From: Candidatus Woesearchaeota archaeon
GTDB lineage: Archaea > Nanobdellota > Nanobdellia > Pacearchaeales > GW2011-AR1
DNA length: 9,088 nucleotides
Assembly (NCBI GenBank): GCA_964497435.1
Contig: CAZCCD010000004.1
Span: forward strand, 14,501-23,588
Direction: 5' to 3'
The position numbers and the translations under genes were made by a program. Positions 1-7,263 of the stretch are shown piece after piece (position 1 is the first letter of the stretch; each line of letters begins with the position of its first letter). The notes under the pieces were generated by a model. The model was not told the DNA's origin, made no database searches, and saw nothing but the letters and a program-made list of their open reading frames with translations.

Positions 1-80
1 ATTATTAATCTATTACCTTCAAAAATATCAAACCAATAATCTATTTTTTCAACTGCTTTCTCTAAATCTCCGAAGTACAT
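1..80 (-). CDS. 5' fragment of a hypothetical protein (N-terminal 26 codons; the gene runs off the left edge)
   Basis: The ATG at 78-80 (complement) opens a frame with no stop down to position 1 (MYFGDLEKAVEKIDYWFDIFEGNRLI...). A TTTAAATATA TATA-like box lies about 20-30 nt upstream on the minus strand. No family was recognised. Confidence 0.3.
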   Translation of the reverse strand, partial: MYFGDLEKAVEKIDYWFDIFEGNRLI

Positions 81-133
81 AAGTTCCGTATTTCTTATAT
101 TATATTTAAAGATTGTTATACTAGAATTAATTC

Positions 134-3100
134 CTATTTTTTCTTCTCTTCCACTTTTAGTTGGAGCTTAAACCCAACCATCTTCTTGATTTCTTCAACA
201 CACTTTGGGTTTAAAAGAGTCATTAAACCAGCTGGCTCTTCGTTGCTTAATATGCTTTTAAGAATTCTCCTCATTATTTTCCCTGAACGAGTTTTAGGGA
301 GATCATTAACAAAATAAACTTTTTGAGGCCTTGATGTAGGGCCTAGAGTCTTGTCAACATGGTGTTTTATTTCTTGTTCTAACTTTTCTGAAGGTTTTCC
401 GCTTTTTAACACAACAAAGGCAATAGGAGTCTGGCCCTTTATTGGATCTGGAATAGGGACAACTGCAGATTCATTTACAAATTTACTACTATCTATTGAA
501 TTTTCAAGTTCTGCTGTTGATAATCTATGGCCTGCGACTTTCATTACATCATCTGTTCTTCCAGTTATTCTAAAATAACTTTCTTTCATTACTGCTCCAT
601 CACTAGTATCATATTTTCCTTTAAATGTTTTCCAGTATGTTTCTACATATTTTTCATGGTTGTTATAAACTCCATGCAGCATTCCTGGAGCGAAGGGCGA
701 GAGTTGAACTAAAAATCCTTGGGAAGATTTTTTTCCATTTTTATCTAGGATTGTATGTCTTGTTCCTGGGAAGGATTTTCCAGCAACTGTTGGAATAAAA
801 GGACCAATGCCAGGAAGAGTGTTTATAATAGTGCCTCCTGTTTCTGTCTGCCACCACGTGTCTAGTATAGGACATTTACTCTTTCCAATATTTTTGAAAT
901 ACCACATCCACGCTTTTTCATCTATTGGCTCTCCAACTGTCCCGAGAATTCTTAATGAATTTAATTTGTGTTTCTTTAGATATTTTTCACCCCATTTCAT
1001 GAACATTCTTATTGCTGTAGGTGCTGTATAAAAAACAGAAACTTTGTATTTATCTATGATTTGCCACCATCTTGAAGGATTTGGAAAATCAGGAGTTCCT
1101 TCGTAAATTAGAGTTGTTGCTCCATTTAACAATGGGCCGTAAAAAGCGTATGTATGCCCTGTAATCCAGCCAATGTCAGCTGTGCACCACATAATATCAG
1201 AGTCTTTAATATCGAAAACCCATTTTGCTGTTAGATAAGCTTGGACAGCATATCCTCCTGTATCATGGACAATTCCTTTTGGTTTGCCAGTTGTATTGTG
1301 TGTAATAATTCCATTGACAATATAATTATGATTTTTTTCGGCTGTTAAATCATAAACAAAATCATATTCGTTATCTATTTTTTCTATTTCTAAAATTTTT
1401 TCTAGAATAGCATTTTTAAACTCTAATAATTTTTGAATTTTTTTTCTAATTATCTTTAATTTTTCTAATTTTTCTTTATTAGTTTCTGTTTCAATTTTGT
1501 TATCTAAAAATTCTTTAATTATTTTTAACCCTTTTTTATCAGTTTGATTGCTATGAACAAATTTGGTGATTTTGCTAAAATCCCCTTTCCAATCTACTTT
1601 AATAGTTTTTGTAATTTCTTTTAGAAGAGAAAATAAAGGAAATCTATCTTTTGAAAATATTTTTTTTGAAGATAATTTCTCCACTAAACTATTAAGCTTC
1701 ATTTTTTTAGCTTGATCCGAAAATCCAATTTCTTTATGAAATCTATTTAAGGATTCTCTCTCGGAAATTATGACATCTAAATAAGGAGTTTCTTTTATAA
1801 CTCTATTTCTGATTTTTCTTTCTTTGTTTATTCCATGATATACTTTAGCGATTATACCAAATCTTCTCATTAATAATTGAGAAATTCTAATCAATTCTTC
1901 ACTTGTACTTGATAATTTAATAAAAGAGTGTCCAATTGTTCCTTCTGCATCGTATAATCCTCTTAAAAACCCAGCAATACATTCTTTCTCACTTTTTTGA
2001 ATAATTTTTGGAATGTCTCTCTTATTGCTTATAGTTGCAATTTCAGGAAAATTTTCTATTATATAATTTCTAAATAAAGAACTATTAACTAGTAATCTTA
2101 ATCTTTCACTCTTTTTTCTTATATTACTTTTTACATTTAATTCTTTCAAAATTAAATTTTTGTAAGATTCTAAATTAGATATGTCCTTATCTGTAAAGAT
2201 AATGCTTCTTTTATCTAAGTGTCCATCTCCAACAAAATATCCTAAGATTTGAGCAAATTCAGAAGTTAGAAAATTCGGAATTTCTGGAATATTTTCTGGT
2301 TTATAAGTTGTTTTATTTCCATATTCTTTTTTTTCTTTTAGTTTTGGAAGTGTTTGTTTTTCTCCTTTTATATTTATGCTAGATATAACAAATATTTTAT
2401 TATTATTTAATAAATTTTTAACTTCTTTTTCAATTAGATTTCCATATTCATCTAGACTAAATAATCTGTGATTTGGAGTAAAAATAGCCTCGAATGAGGG
2501 TGTTCTTATCTTATATAAAACAGAGTTATTGGGATATTTATGAAGGTTTGTGATGTTATCTTCCATTTGTACTAAAGGATTAGAATGCATATTGACTATT
2601 TTCGGCTTAATATTTTTCTCAACTATTTCTTTTATTTTTACAATTTCTCCGTTTACTAATTGTATTAAAGAATTTGGATGACAACAGCCACTAGTATAAA
2701 GAATAAACATTGGATCTTCAGAGTTTATTATTTCTGGCTTGCAATATGTAGAGCCTTTTTCTAAAAAAGAATTAAAGTTAGTAAATTTACCAGAATAATT
2801 TCTTTTTTTATTCAATCTTGAGACAACAATAACATGTTTTATAGTTGTGCCTTTTATTGCTTTTTTTGCCTTGCTTAATAAATTTTCTTTTTCCCCTCTT
2901 CTATAATATCCATCACAAGTTATAAGGACATTTGCCTTGCAATCTTCAATTCTAGCTTTTAACGCGTCTGTTGCGAATGCAGAGAAAACAACAGAATGAA
3001 TAGCTCCAAGTCTTGTGCATGCTAGCATTGCAACTAAAGCTTCTGGAACTAAAGGAAGATAAATAGAGACAGCTTCGCCTTTTTTTACTCCAAGATCTTT

Positions 3101-3478
3101 AAGAGAGTTTGCGAATTTATTTACTTTCTCATATAATTCTCCGTAAGTTAGAATTACTGGTTTTTCATTTATAGGTTCAGGAATCCAGATTAAAGCTGGT
3201 TTGTTTGGATTTTTTAAGTGCCTATCTAAAGCATTGACGCAGAAATTTAATTTTCCTCCTTTAAACCACTCGAAGTAGGGGAGTTTTTCAACGTAAGTGT
3301 TTTTTTCTTCCCACAATTTTTCCCAGACAATGCACTCTTTTGCCTGTTCATTCCAAAACTTTACAGGAGCTTTTTCAGCTTGAGAATAAACACTAGGATT
3401 GTTTATCCAAGCTATTTTTTTCATTTCATTGCTTGGCCAGAATTTATTGCCCTTTTTTACGACGTAAGACATTTTCAC
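134..3478 (-). CDS. acs: Acetyl-CoA synthetase (AMP-forming, ANL superfamily) interrupted by an in-frame intein; predicted spliced product about 650 aa
   Basis: The 1114-aa ORF has Acs-typical N-terminal (WFKGGKLNFCVNALDRHL), core (DTWWQTETGG) and C-terminal (LPKTRSGKIMRRILK, carrying the catalytic/acetylatable Lys) motifs. The A3 motif YTSG...TTGKPKG is split by 464 aa. The track start at 3478 is GTG and lies inside a GAGGTGA Shine-Dalgarno-like sequence. The ATG two codons downstream (start at 3472, MSYVV...) is therefore the more likely initiation codon. Confidence 0.9.
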   Translation of the reverse strand: MKMSYVVKKGNKFWPSNEMKKIAWINNPSVYSQAEKAPVKFWNEQAKECIVWEKLWEEKNTYVEKLPYFEWFKGGKLNFCVNALDRHLKNPNKPALIWIPEPINEKPVILTYGELYEKVNKFANSLKDLGVKKGEAVSIYLPLVPEALVAMLACTRLGAIHSVVFSAFATDALKARIEDCKANVLITCDGYYRRGEKENLLSKAKKAIKGTTIKHVIVVSRLNKKRNYSGKFTNFNSFLEKGSTYCKPEIINSEDPMFILYTSGCCHPNSLIQLVNGEIVKIKEIVEKNIKPKIVNMHSNPLVQMEDNITNLHKYPNNSVLYKIRTPSFEAIFTPNHRLFSLDEYGNLIEKEVKNLLNNNKIFVISSINIKGEKQTLPKLKEKKEYGNKTTYKPENIPEIPNFLTSEFAQILGYFVGDGHLDKRSIIFTDKDISNLESYKNLILKELNVKSNIRKKSERLRLLVNSSLFRNYIIENFPEIATISNKRDIPKIIQKSEKECIAGFLRGLYDAEGTIGHSFIKLSSTSEELIRISQLLMRRFGIIAKVYHGINKERKIRNRVIKETPYLDVIISERESLNRFHKEIGFSDQAKKMKLNSLVEKLSSKKIFSKDRFPLFSLLKEITKTIKVDWKGDFSKITKFVHSNQTDKKGLKIIKEFLDNKIETETNKEKLEKLKIIRKKIQKLLEFKNAILEKILEIEKIDNEYDFVYDLTAEKNHNYIVNGIITHNTTGKPKGIVHDTGGYAVQAYLTAKWVFDIKDSDIMWCTADIGWITGHTYAFYGPLLNGATTLIYEGTPDFPNPSRWWQIIDKYKVSVFYTAPTAIRMFMKWGEKYLKKHKLNSLRILGTVGEPIDEKAWMWYFKNIGKSKCPILDTWWQTETGGTIINTLPGIGPFIPTVAGKSFPGTRHTILDKNGKKSSQGFLVQLSPFAPGMLHGVYNNHEKYVETYWKTFKGKYDTSDGAVMKESYFRITGRTDDVMKVAGHRLSTAELENSIDSSKFVNESAVVPIPDPIKGQTPIAFVVLKSGKPSEKLEQEIKHHVDKTLGPTSRPQKVYFVNDLPKTRSGKIMRRILKSILSNEEPAGLMTLLNPKCVEEIKKMVGFKLQLKVEEKKK
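1295..2686 (-). mobile_element. Intein (464 aa) with a LAGLIDADG homing-endonuclease domain, inserted in the Acs phosphate-binding loop
   Basis: The junctions read YTSG|CCHPNS... and ...NGIITHN|TTGKPKG, giving Cys1, a penultimate His, a terminal Asn and Thr+1. Block B TxxH is present (TPNH). The two LAGLIDADG motifs are LGYFVGDGHL and IAGFLRGLYDAEGTI. Block F/G is DFVYDLTAEKNHNYIVNGIITHN. Removing it restores the canonical YTSGTTGKPKG. Hand counts of sample 60-nt lines give about 15% GC inside the intein (lines 1441, 2101) versus about 42% in the exteins (lines 1141, 3001). Confidence 0.88.
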
Positions 3479-3484
3479 CTCTAT

Positions 3485-3507
3485 ATTGAAATCTTATAGA
3501 TTTCAAT
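3485..3507. promoter_or_regulatory. Perfect 10-bp inverted repeat (ATTGAAATCT-3 nt-AGATTTCAAT) between the acs TATA box and start codon
   Basis: The palindrome arms are at 3485-3494 and 3498-3507. A TATA-like ATTTAAATA (minus strand, 3533-3541) sits about 25 nt upstream of the repeat. The repeat therefore lies at or just after the predicted TSS and just before the GAGGTGA SD. It could be an operator or a 5'-UTR hairpin. Confidence 0.35.
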
Positions 3508-3553
3508 CTTTTAATGCTTTAAGAATTTTTTGTATTTAAATCTGTCGAAAGGA

Positions 3554-3832
3554 TTATTTGGATTTTTTCTTTTTTATAAGATAAATAATTGACGAGAATA
3601 TTATATAATAAATGATGAAATTTATAATGAAGGATAAAGTTACTACGAAATAAGCTGGCGAATTATAGGAAGAGGTAATAAAAAAGAATGGTGCGGATAG
3701 AAGAAAAAAAACAAAAACAATCATTGAATTGCCATTAAAAAGATTTATAGAGATTATAATTAATAATACAAAATACACTATCGTAAAAATCTTCTTTGGT
3801 TTATCAAATCTTATAAACTCTTTAAATGTCAT
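3554..3832 (-). CDS. Small hydrophobic membrane protein (92 aa, about 3 predicted TM segments, lysine-rich C-terminus)
   Basis: The ORF has long hydrophobic runs (IFTIVYFVLLIIISINLF, MIVFVFFLLSAPFFFI, YFVVTLSFIINFIIYYIIFSSIIYLI). Its ATG overlaps the upstream CYTH stop in an ATGA (3829-3832), which implies translational coupling. No family was recognised. Confidence 0.5.
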   Translation of the reverse strand: MTFKEFIRFDKPKKIFTIVYFVLLIIISINLFNGNSMIVFVFFLLSAPFFFITSSYNSPAYFVVTLSFIINFIIYYIIFSSIIYLIKKKKSK

Positions 3833-4425
3833 CTTACTTTTAAGAATTTCTTTTTCTCTTTAGTTCCTTTATACCAAAGCATTTTTGTATAGCCTGTATT
3901 GTCAATTTGAGAAGGTCTTATCTTAAGCTCTTTTATGACTGCCCTTATTTTGTTTCTTGCTGTTTTAATGTCACTTGGCTGGCATAAGTATTCTATTTCT
4001 AAGAAGTATCCGAGATGCTTTACGTTATTTATTTCTATTGAAACTTTCTTGTCTTTCTTCCATTGATATGTTTCATTGTGTTTTATTTTCTTTACCCATT
4101 CTTTAAAACCTAAATCCATGAATAAAGCCAAAATATCTTCGACTTCGTCTTTTTCATGAAGTGTGAATTCAAATTCCTGTTTGACGACAATGTCTTTTGT
4201 CCACAAATTCACGAGCCATTTTTTGAAATTAACCTCAAATTTGTCTTTCATAGCCCTTATTCTGAATGCTTTTTTAGGATAATCTTGATTGTTTTGTATT
4301 GCAAAATAATCGTCAGCCTTTGTTCCTTCTTTTTCAAACACAGCTATCTCTTTTATCCTTTTTTTAAATTCAGGAACTTCAGAATCATTTAGTTTTATTT
4401 TTGTTTCAACTTCAAGCCATACCAT
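3829..4425 (-). CDS. CYTH-domain protein (CyaB-type class IV adenylyl cyclase / triphosphate tunnel metalloenzyme family), about 198 aa
   Basis: Starting at the internal ATG (4423-4425) the protein begins MVWLEVETKIKL, which carries the diagnostic ExExK motif. An RxR strand follows (AFRIRAM), and GYFLEIEY lies near the C-terminus. GGAGGTG sits 7 nt upstream of this ATG. The 42 codons upstream in the track ORF (to 4551) read through a GC-rich structured region and are probably not coding. Confidence 0.75.
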   Translation of the reverse strand: MVWLEVETKIKLNDSEVPEFKKRIKEIAVFEKEGTKADDYFAIQNNQDYPKKAFRIRAMKDKFEVNFKKWLVNLWTKDIVVKQEFEFTLHEKDEVEDILALFMDLGFKEWVKKIKHNETYQWKKDKKVSIEINNVKHLGYFLEIEYLCQPSDIKTARNKIRAVIKELKIRPSQIDNTGYTKMLWYKGTKEKKKFLKVR

Positions 4426-4440
4426 TAAAAGACACCTCCG

Positions 4441-4626
4441 GTTTCTTTTATAAACTTCCCTTACGGGACAGTGGGTTTTCACAATCCAGCAACCTGAAGA
4501 CAACCTGCGGTTTTCTCTAACTCGCAACCTCTCTCGTTGTGAGTTCAGCAATTTGTCTCGCGAAATTGCTCACACACACTTTCCCTCCAATAGTTGCCTC
4601 CGATGGATTCGGATTTAAAAACCTCT
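4441..4626 (-). ncRNA. Candidate structured ncRNA or structured leader of unknown class (GC-rich island)
   Basis: This stretch is visibly GC-enriched against an AT-rich background. A TTTATAAAA TATA-like box lies upstream on the minus strand at about 4657-4665. Local helices read on the minus strand are listed here. First, CCGA-AUCCA-UCGG (4600-4612). Second, an 8-bp stem AGCAAUUU/AAAUUGCU (4547-4570) extended by UGUG/CACA. Third, UGCG/CGCA (4506-4526). Fourth, a GNRA hairpin UCCC-GUAA-GGGA (4457-4468). The ends could also pair, GGUUU (about 4620) with AAACC (about 4441). The strand was chosen from G-U pairing potential and the promoter position. Confidence 0.35.
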
Positions 4627-4720
4627 TTTTGTTGTAAGAAATAGGAAAATCGGTTTTATAAATCTTATTTTTATTTTTTGGATAAACTTTTAAATAAAAC
4701 ATTCTTAGTTTTTAAATAAA

Positions 4721-5875
4721 ATGGGGTTTGATTTTATTGTTCTTGGAGCTACGGGCATACAAGGGAGAATTGTTACTCGAGATCTATTGGAAAATGGTTA
4801 TAGTGTTTTAATGTGTGGGAGAGATAAATCAAGAATTCTACATTTATTAAAAAAATTTAAAAAAACTTATTTTAAGTATATTGAAGCAAGAAAAATATCT
4901 ACAATTGTTAATGCTATTAAAAATTCTAAATCAAATATAGTTATTAATTGTATAGAAGGAAATTGGAATCTTAATGTATTAAACGCATGTCTAAAAACGG
5001 GAGTTCACTCTGTTGATTTAGGATCTGATATTCCAATGACAAAAAAACAATTGGCTAAAGATAAAGTGCTTAAAAAGAAAAACTTAATTCATATAACAGG
5101 AATTGGTTCTGTTCCAGGAATAGGTAATATAATGTTAAGACACATTGTAGATAAGTTTGATAAAATAGATGGAATAGATGTGGGGTTTGCATGGGACTCA
5201 AACATAAAAGAATTTGTCGTTCCTTTTTCAATACAAAGTATAATAGAAGAATTTACTGCTCCTGCCCCATTTATTCATCATAAAAAAATAGTTAAAATAA
5301 AACCACTTAACTCAATTGTTAAGTGTTATCATAGGGCTATTGGAAAAGAGAAACAGTTCAATGTTGGTCATCATCCAGAAACCTATACTTTTTATAGCTA
5401 TTGTAAAAATAAAGGAATAGAAAATGTTAGATTTTTTGCAGGCTTTCCAGACCACTCTTTTGAAAAAATAAATAGCATGATACAATTAGGTTTTGGAAGT
5501 AAAAAAGAAATTAATTTTAAAGGAAAAAAAACAAAACCCATAGAATTTCTTACAGAAGTAATGAAAAGAATAAAGATGCCAAAAGGATATACTGAAACAG
5601 AAAACCTTTGGGTTGAAATATCGGGAAGAAAGAACAATAAAAAAAAGAAAATTCTTATGGAGTGCATTGCGCCAACATTAAAAGGTTGGGAAGATGCTGG
5701 ATGCAACATTGATACAGGAATGCCAGCAAGTATTCTAGCCCAAATGATAAAAAAAGGAGTTATTAATCAATCAGGAAGTTATTCACCAGAATACATAGTG
5801 TCGCCAGAACCATTTTTTAAGGAACTAAGAAAAAGAGAAATGGTTGTTCTGGAGAATGGAAAGAGGATAAATTGA
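4721..5875 (+). CDS. Saccharopine dehydrogenase-family NAD(P)-dependent oxidoreductase (paralog 1, 384 aa)
   Basis: There is an N-terminal Rossmann motif (VLGATGIQGRIV) and a central ITGIGSVPGIGNIM motif resembling the G-x-x-PG-x-x-N signature of the SDH / carboxynorspermidine dehydrogenase family. A TATA-like TTTTAAATA lies about 24 nt upstream, suggesting a leaderless mRNA. The specific substrate cannot be assigned. Confidence 0.7.
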   Translation: MGFDFIVLGATGIQGRIVTRDLLENGYSVLMCGRDKSRILHLLKKFKKTYFKYIEARKISTIVNAIKNSKSNIVINCIEGNWNLNVLNACLKTGVHSVDLGSDIPMTKKQLAKDKVLKKKNLIHITGIGSVPGIGNIMLRHIVDKFDKIDGIDVGFAWDSNIKEFVVPFSIQSIIEEFTAPAPFIHHKKIVKIKPLNSIVKCYHRAIGKEKQFNVGHHPETYTFYSYCKNKGIENVRFFAGFPDHSFEKINSMIQLGFGSKKEINFKGKKTKPIEFLTEVMKRIKMPKGYTETENLWVEISGRKNNKKKKILMECIAPTLKGWEDAGCNIDTGMPASILAQMIKKGVINQSGSYSPEYIVSPEPFFKELRKREMVVLENGKRIN

Positions 5876-5876
5876 A

Positions 5877-7049
5877 ATGAAAGTATTGATAATGGGGTAT
5901 GGTTCTGTAGGAAAGGTTTTATCAAAATTATTGTTAAAAGAAAAAAGCATTAAGAGAATAATTTGCTGTGATTTGAACATTAAAGAAAAAAAACATGGAA
6001 AGATTATATTCAAAAAAGTTGATGCTTCTCAAAAAAAGAATTTATTAGATATATTAAAAATAGAAAAACCAGATATTTTAGTTAACGTCCTTATACCGCA
6101 TTTTAATACCATCCTTTTAGAATGCTGTCTTACATCAAAAGTAAATTATATTGATACTGCTTCCTATTGGAACTTTGATACAAATCAAAATTCACAAAGC
6201 CCTTATCTTGTAGAGCAATTAAATTATAACGAAGGCTTCAAAAAAAATAAGATAATTGGTTTAATAAATTCAGGTGCATCTCCTGGGCTAACAAATCTTC
6301 TAGCAAGAGAAGTTTCAGAAAAGCTGAATGAAATTGACTCAATAAAAATTAGGCTTGTTGAAGATACAAGAAGCGACAAACTATATTTTCCCTGGAGCGT
6401 TGAATGGCTTCTTGATGAAATGAATTGGGAGCCTCTCGTATACAGAAAAGGAAAATTTAAGTTGGCTAAGAGATTTTCAGAAGAGGAAGATTTTAATTTT
6501 TTTGAACCATTTGGAGTAAAAAGAACAGTTTTAGTTGGACAAGAAGAAATAGGTACAATACCTCTTTATATAAAATTAAAAAATGCAGATATAAAACTAT
6601 ATGATAGTCAAAGTGAAATTGCCAAATTCTTGTTTAAATTGGGATTAATTTCTGATGATGAAATAAAAATAGACAATGTTGAAATAAACCCCAAAGTATT
6701 TTTATCTAAATTGCTTGAAAAGGACAATAAACACATTCCAGATAAGTGGGAAATAAAGAATGCTCAATTTGGTCTTGCTGTAATTGGTGAAGGTAAAAAA
6801 AATAATAAAAAAAACAGGCTTGTCTATTCTGTTGCTTTTCCAAAAGAAAAAGATATTGACAAATTAAATTTAGGTGCAAACTTTATTTCTTATCCAACTG
6901 CATTAATGTTAAAACTATTTATTCTTGGAATTTCAAAAATAAAAAAATTTGGGGTATTTCCCCCAGAAGGACTTGATAGAAAAATTCGTGAAGAAATTTT
7001 AGAAAGCTTAAAAAAAGAGATGATAAAAATAAAATTTCAGACAATCTAA
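5877..7049 (+). CDS. Saccharopine dehydrogenase-family NAD(P)-dependent oxidoreductase (paralog 2, 390 aa)
   Basis: The motifs are VLIMGYGSVGKV (Rossmann) and NSGASPGLTNLLARE (family signature). The length is typical for the family. The ATG comes 1 nt after the upstream stop, and a GAGGAT SD-like sequence lies inside the upstream gene, so the two genes form an operon. Confidence 0.75.
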   Translation: MKVLIMGYGSVGKVLSKLLLKEKSIKRIICCDLNIKEKKHGKIIFKKVDASQKKNLLDILKIEKPDILVNVLIPHFNTILLECCLTSKVNYIDTASYWNFDTNQNSQSPYLVEQLNYNEGFKKNKIIGLINSGASPGLTNLLAREVSEKLNEIDSIKIRLVEDTRSDKLYFPWSVEWLLDEMNWEPLVYRKGKFKLAKRFSEEEDFNFFEPFGVKRTVLVGQEEIGTIPLYIKLKNADIKLYDSQSEIAKFLFKLGLISDDEIKIDNVEINPKVFLSKLLEKDNKHIPDKWEIKNAQFGLAVIGEGKKNNKKNRLVYSVAFPKEKDIDKLNLGANFISYPTALMLKLFILGISKIKKFGVFPPEGLDRKIREEILESLKKEMIKIKFQTI

Positions 7050-7138
7050 AAAAAGTAAAACTGTTATTTATGAGTTAGTCTAAATACATATCCTTACAAA
7101 GTATTTAAATATTTGTTTTTAAAGAAAATGTAATGGTA

Positions 7139-7263
7139 TTACGCCCCGTCCTACTTGCGACCTTGCTCGTTATTGATTCAGATTGTCTTCGCAAAATCGC
7201 TCGGATTCGAAATTAAACTTTCTGGAGTTACGCGAACCTCTATGCCATTTCCAATGGCATTCA
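7139..7263 (-). other. Conserved structured 3' module A, directly downstream of tRNA-Glu and ending in a repeat of the tRNA 3' acceptor strand
   Basis: Read on the minus strand, the module starts with an 8-bp hairpin ATGCCATT-GGA-AATGGCAT. Next comes the invariant 13-mer GGTTCGCGTAACT (7226-7238), then TTTCGAATCCGA. A stem UUGCGA (7189-7194) / UCGCAA (7155-7160) follows. The module ends in GGACGGGGCGTAA (7139-7151), which matches the tRNA 3' end GGACAGGGCGTGA (7261-7273) at 11 of 13 positions. A GTAATACCATTAC hairpin and a T-run follow. The module is homologous to 8120-8240. Confidence 0.45.

Noticed and set aside
351-1031. Three plus-strand ORFs (351-578, 527-712, 807-1031) inside the acs region
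   Set aside because: They lie antisense to a confidently identified Acs C-terminal domain. Their sequences are low-complexity or hydrophobic with no recognisable motifs. They are typical shadow ORFs.
4156-4392. 78-aa plus-strand ORF inside the CYTH gene
   Set aside because: It is antisense to a motif-supported CDS and is a Phe/Cys-rich shadow ORF.
4426-4551. N-terminal 42 codons of the 240-aa track ORF (MLNSQRERLRVRENRRLSSGCWIVKTHCPVREVYKRNRRCLL)
   Set aside because: This Arg/Cys-rich translation is atypical for the genome and coincides with the GC-rich structured island. The CYTH domain starts with its diagnostic ExExK right after the internal ATG at 4425, which has a GGAGGTG SD.
4441-4626. 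RNase P RNA or SRP RNA identity for the GC-rich island
   Set aside because: GGAGGGAAAGUG resembles RNase P CR-I (GAGGAAAGUCC), and AAGAAACCGG loosely resembles CR-V. However, I could not build a P4 helix, because the candidate partner is used in a local hairpin. The element is also too short for the S-domain. For SRP, no helix-8 motif or GNAR loop context was found. The class is left unassigned.
4517-4702. 61-aa minus-strand ORF across the intergenic or ncRNA region
   Set aside because: It spans the promoter-like AT-rich DNA and the structured GC-rich island and contains no motifs. Only its last 20 codons, behind a GGAGG, are even conceivable as a leader peptide, as noted in the finding.
5398-6013. 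Minus-strand ORFs 5398-5709 and 5825-6013
   Set aside because: They are antisense to the two SDH-family genes, low-complexity and hydrophobic, with no promoter context.
7241-7259. ORB-like origin recognition box in the hairpin after tRNA-Glu (CCATTGGAAATGG versus the archaeal ORB core TCCAGTGGAAAC)
   Set aside because: There is only one partial match. The equivalent hairpin in module B (ATGGTTGAAAACCAT) does not keep the motif. No cdc6/orc1 gene or AT-rich unwinding element is arranged around it.
7139-7263. Module A as a split-tRNA half, or as a second tRNA with an intron in the T-arm
   Set aside because: The TTCGAAT-like string lacks a complementary T-stem on either side in both copies. 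No D-arm or anticodon arm can be built. Only the terminal acceptor-strand copy is tRNA-like.
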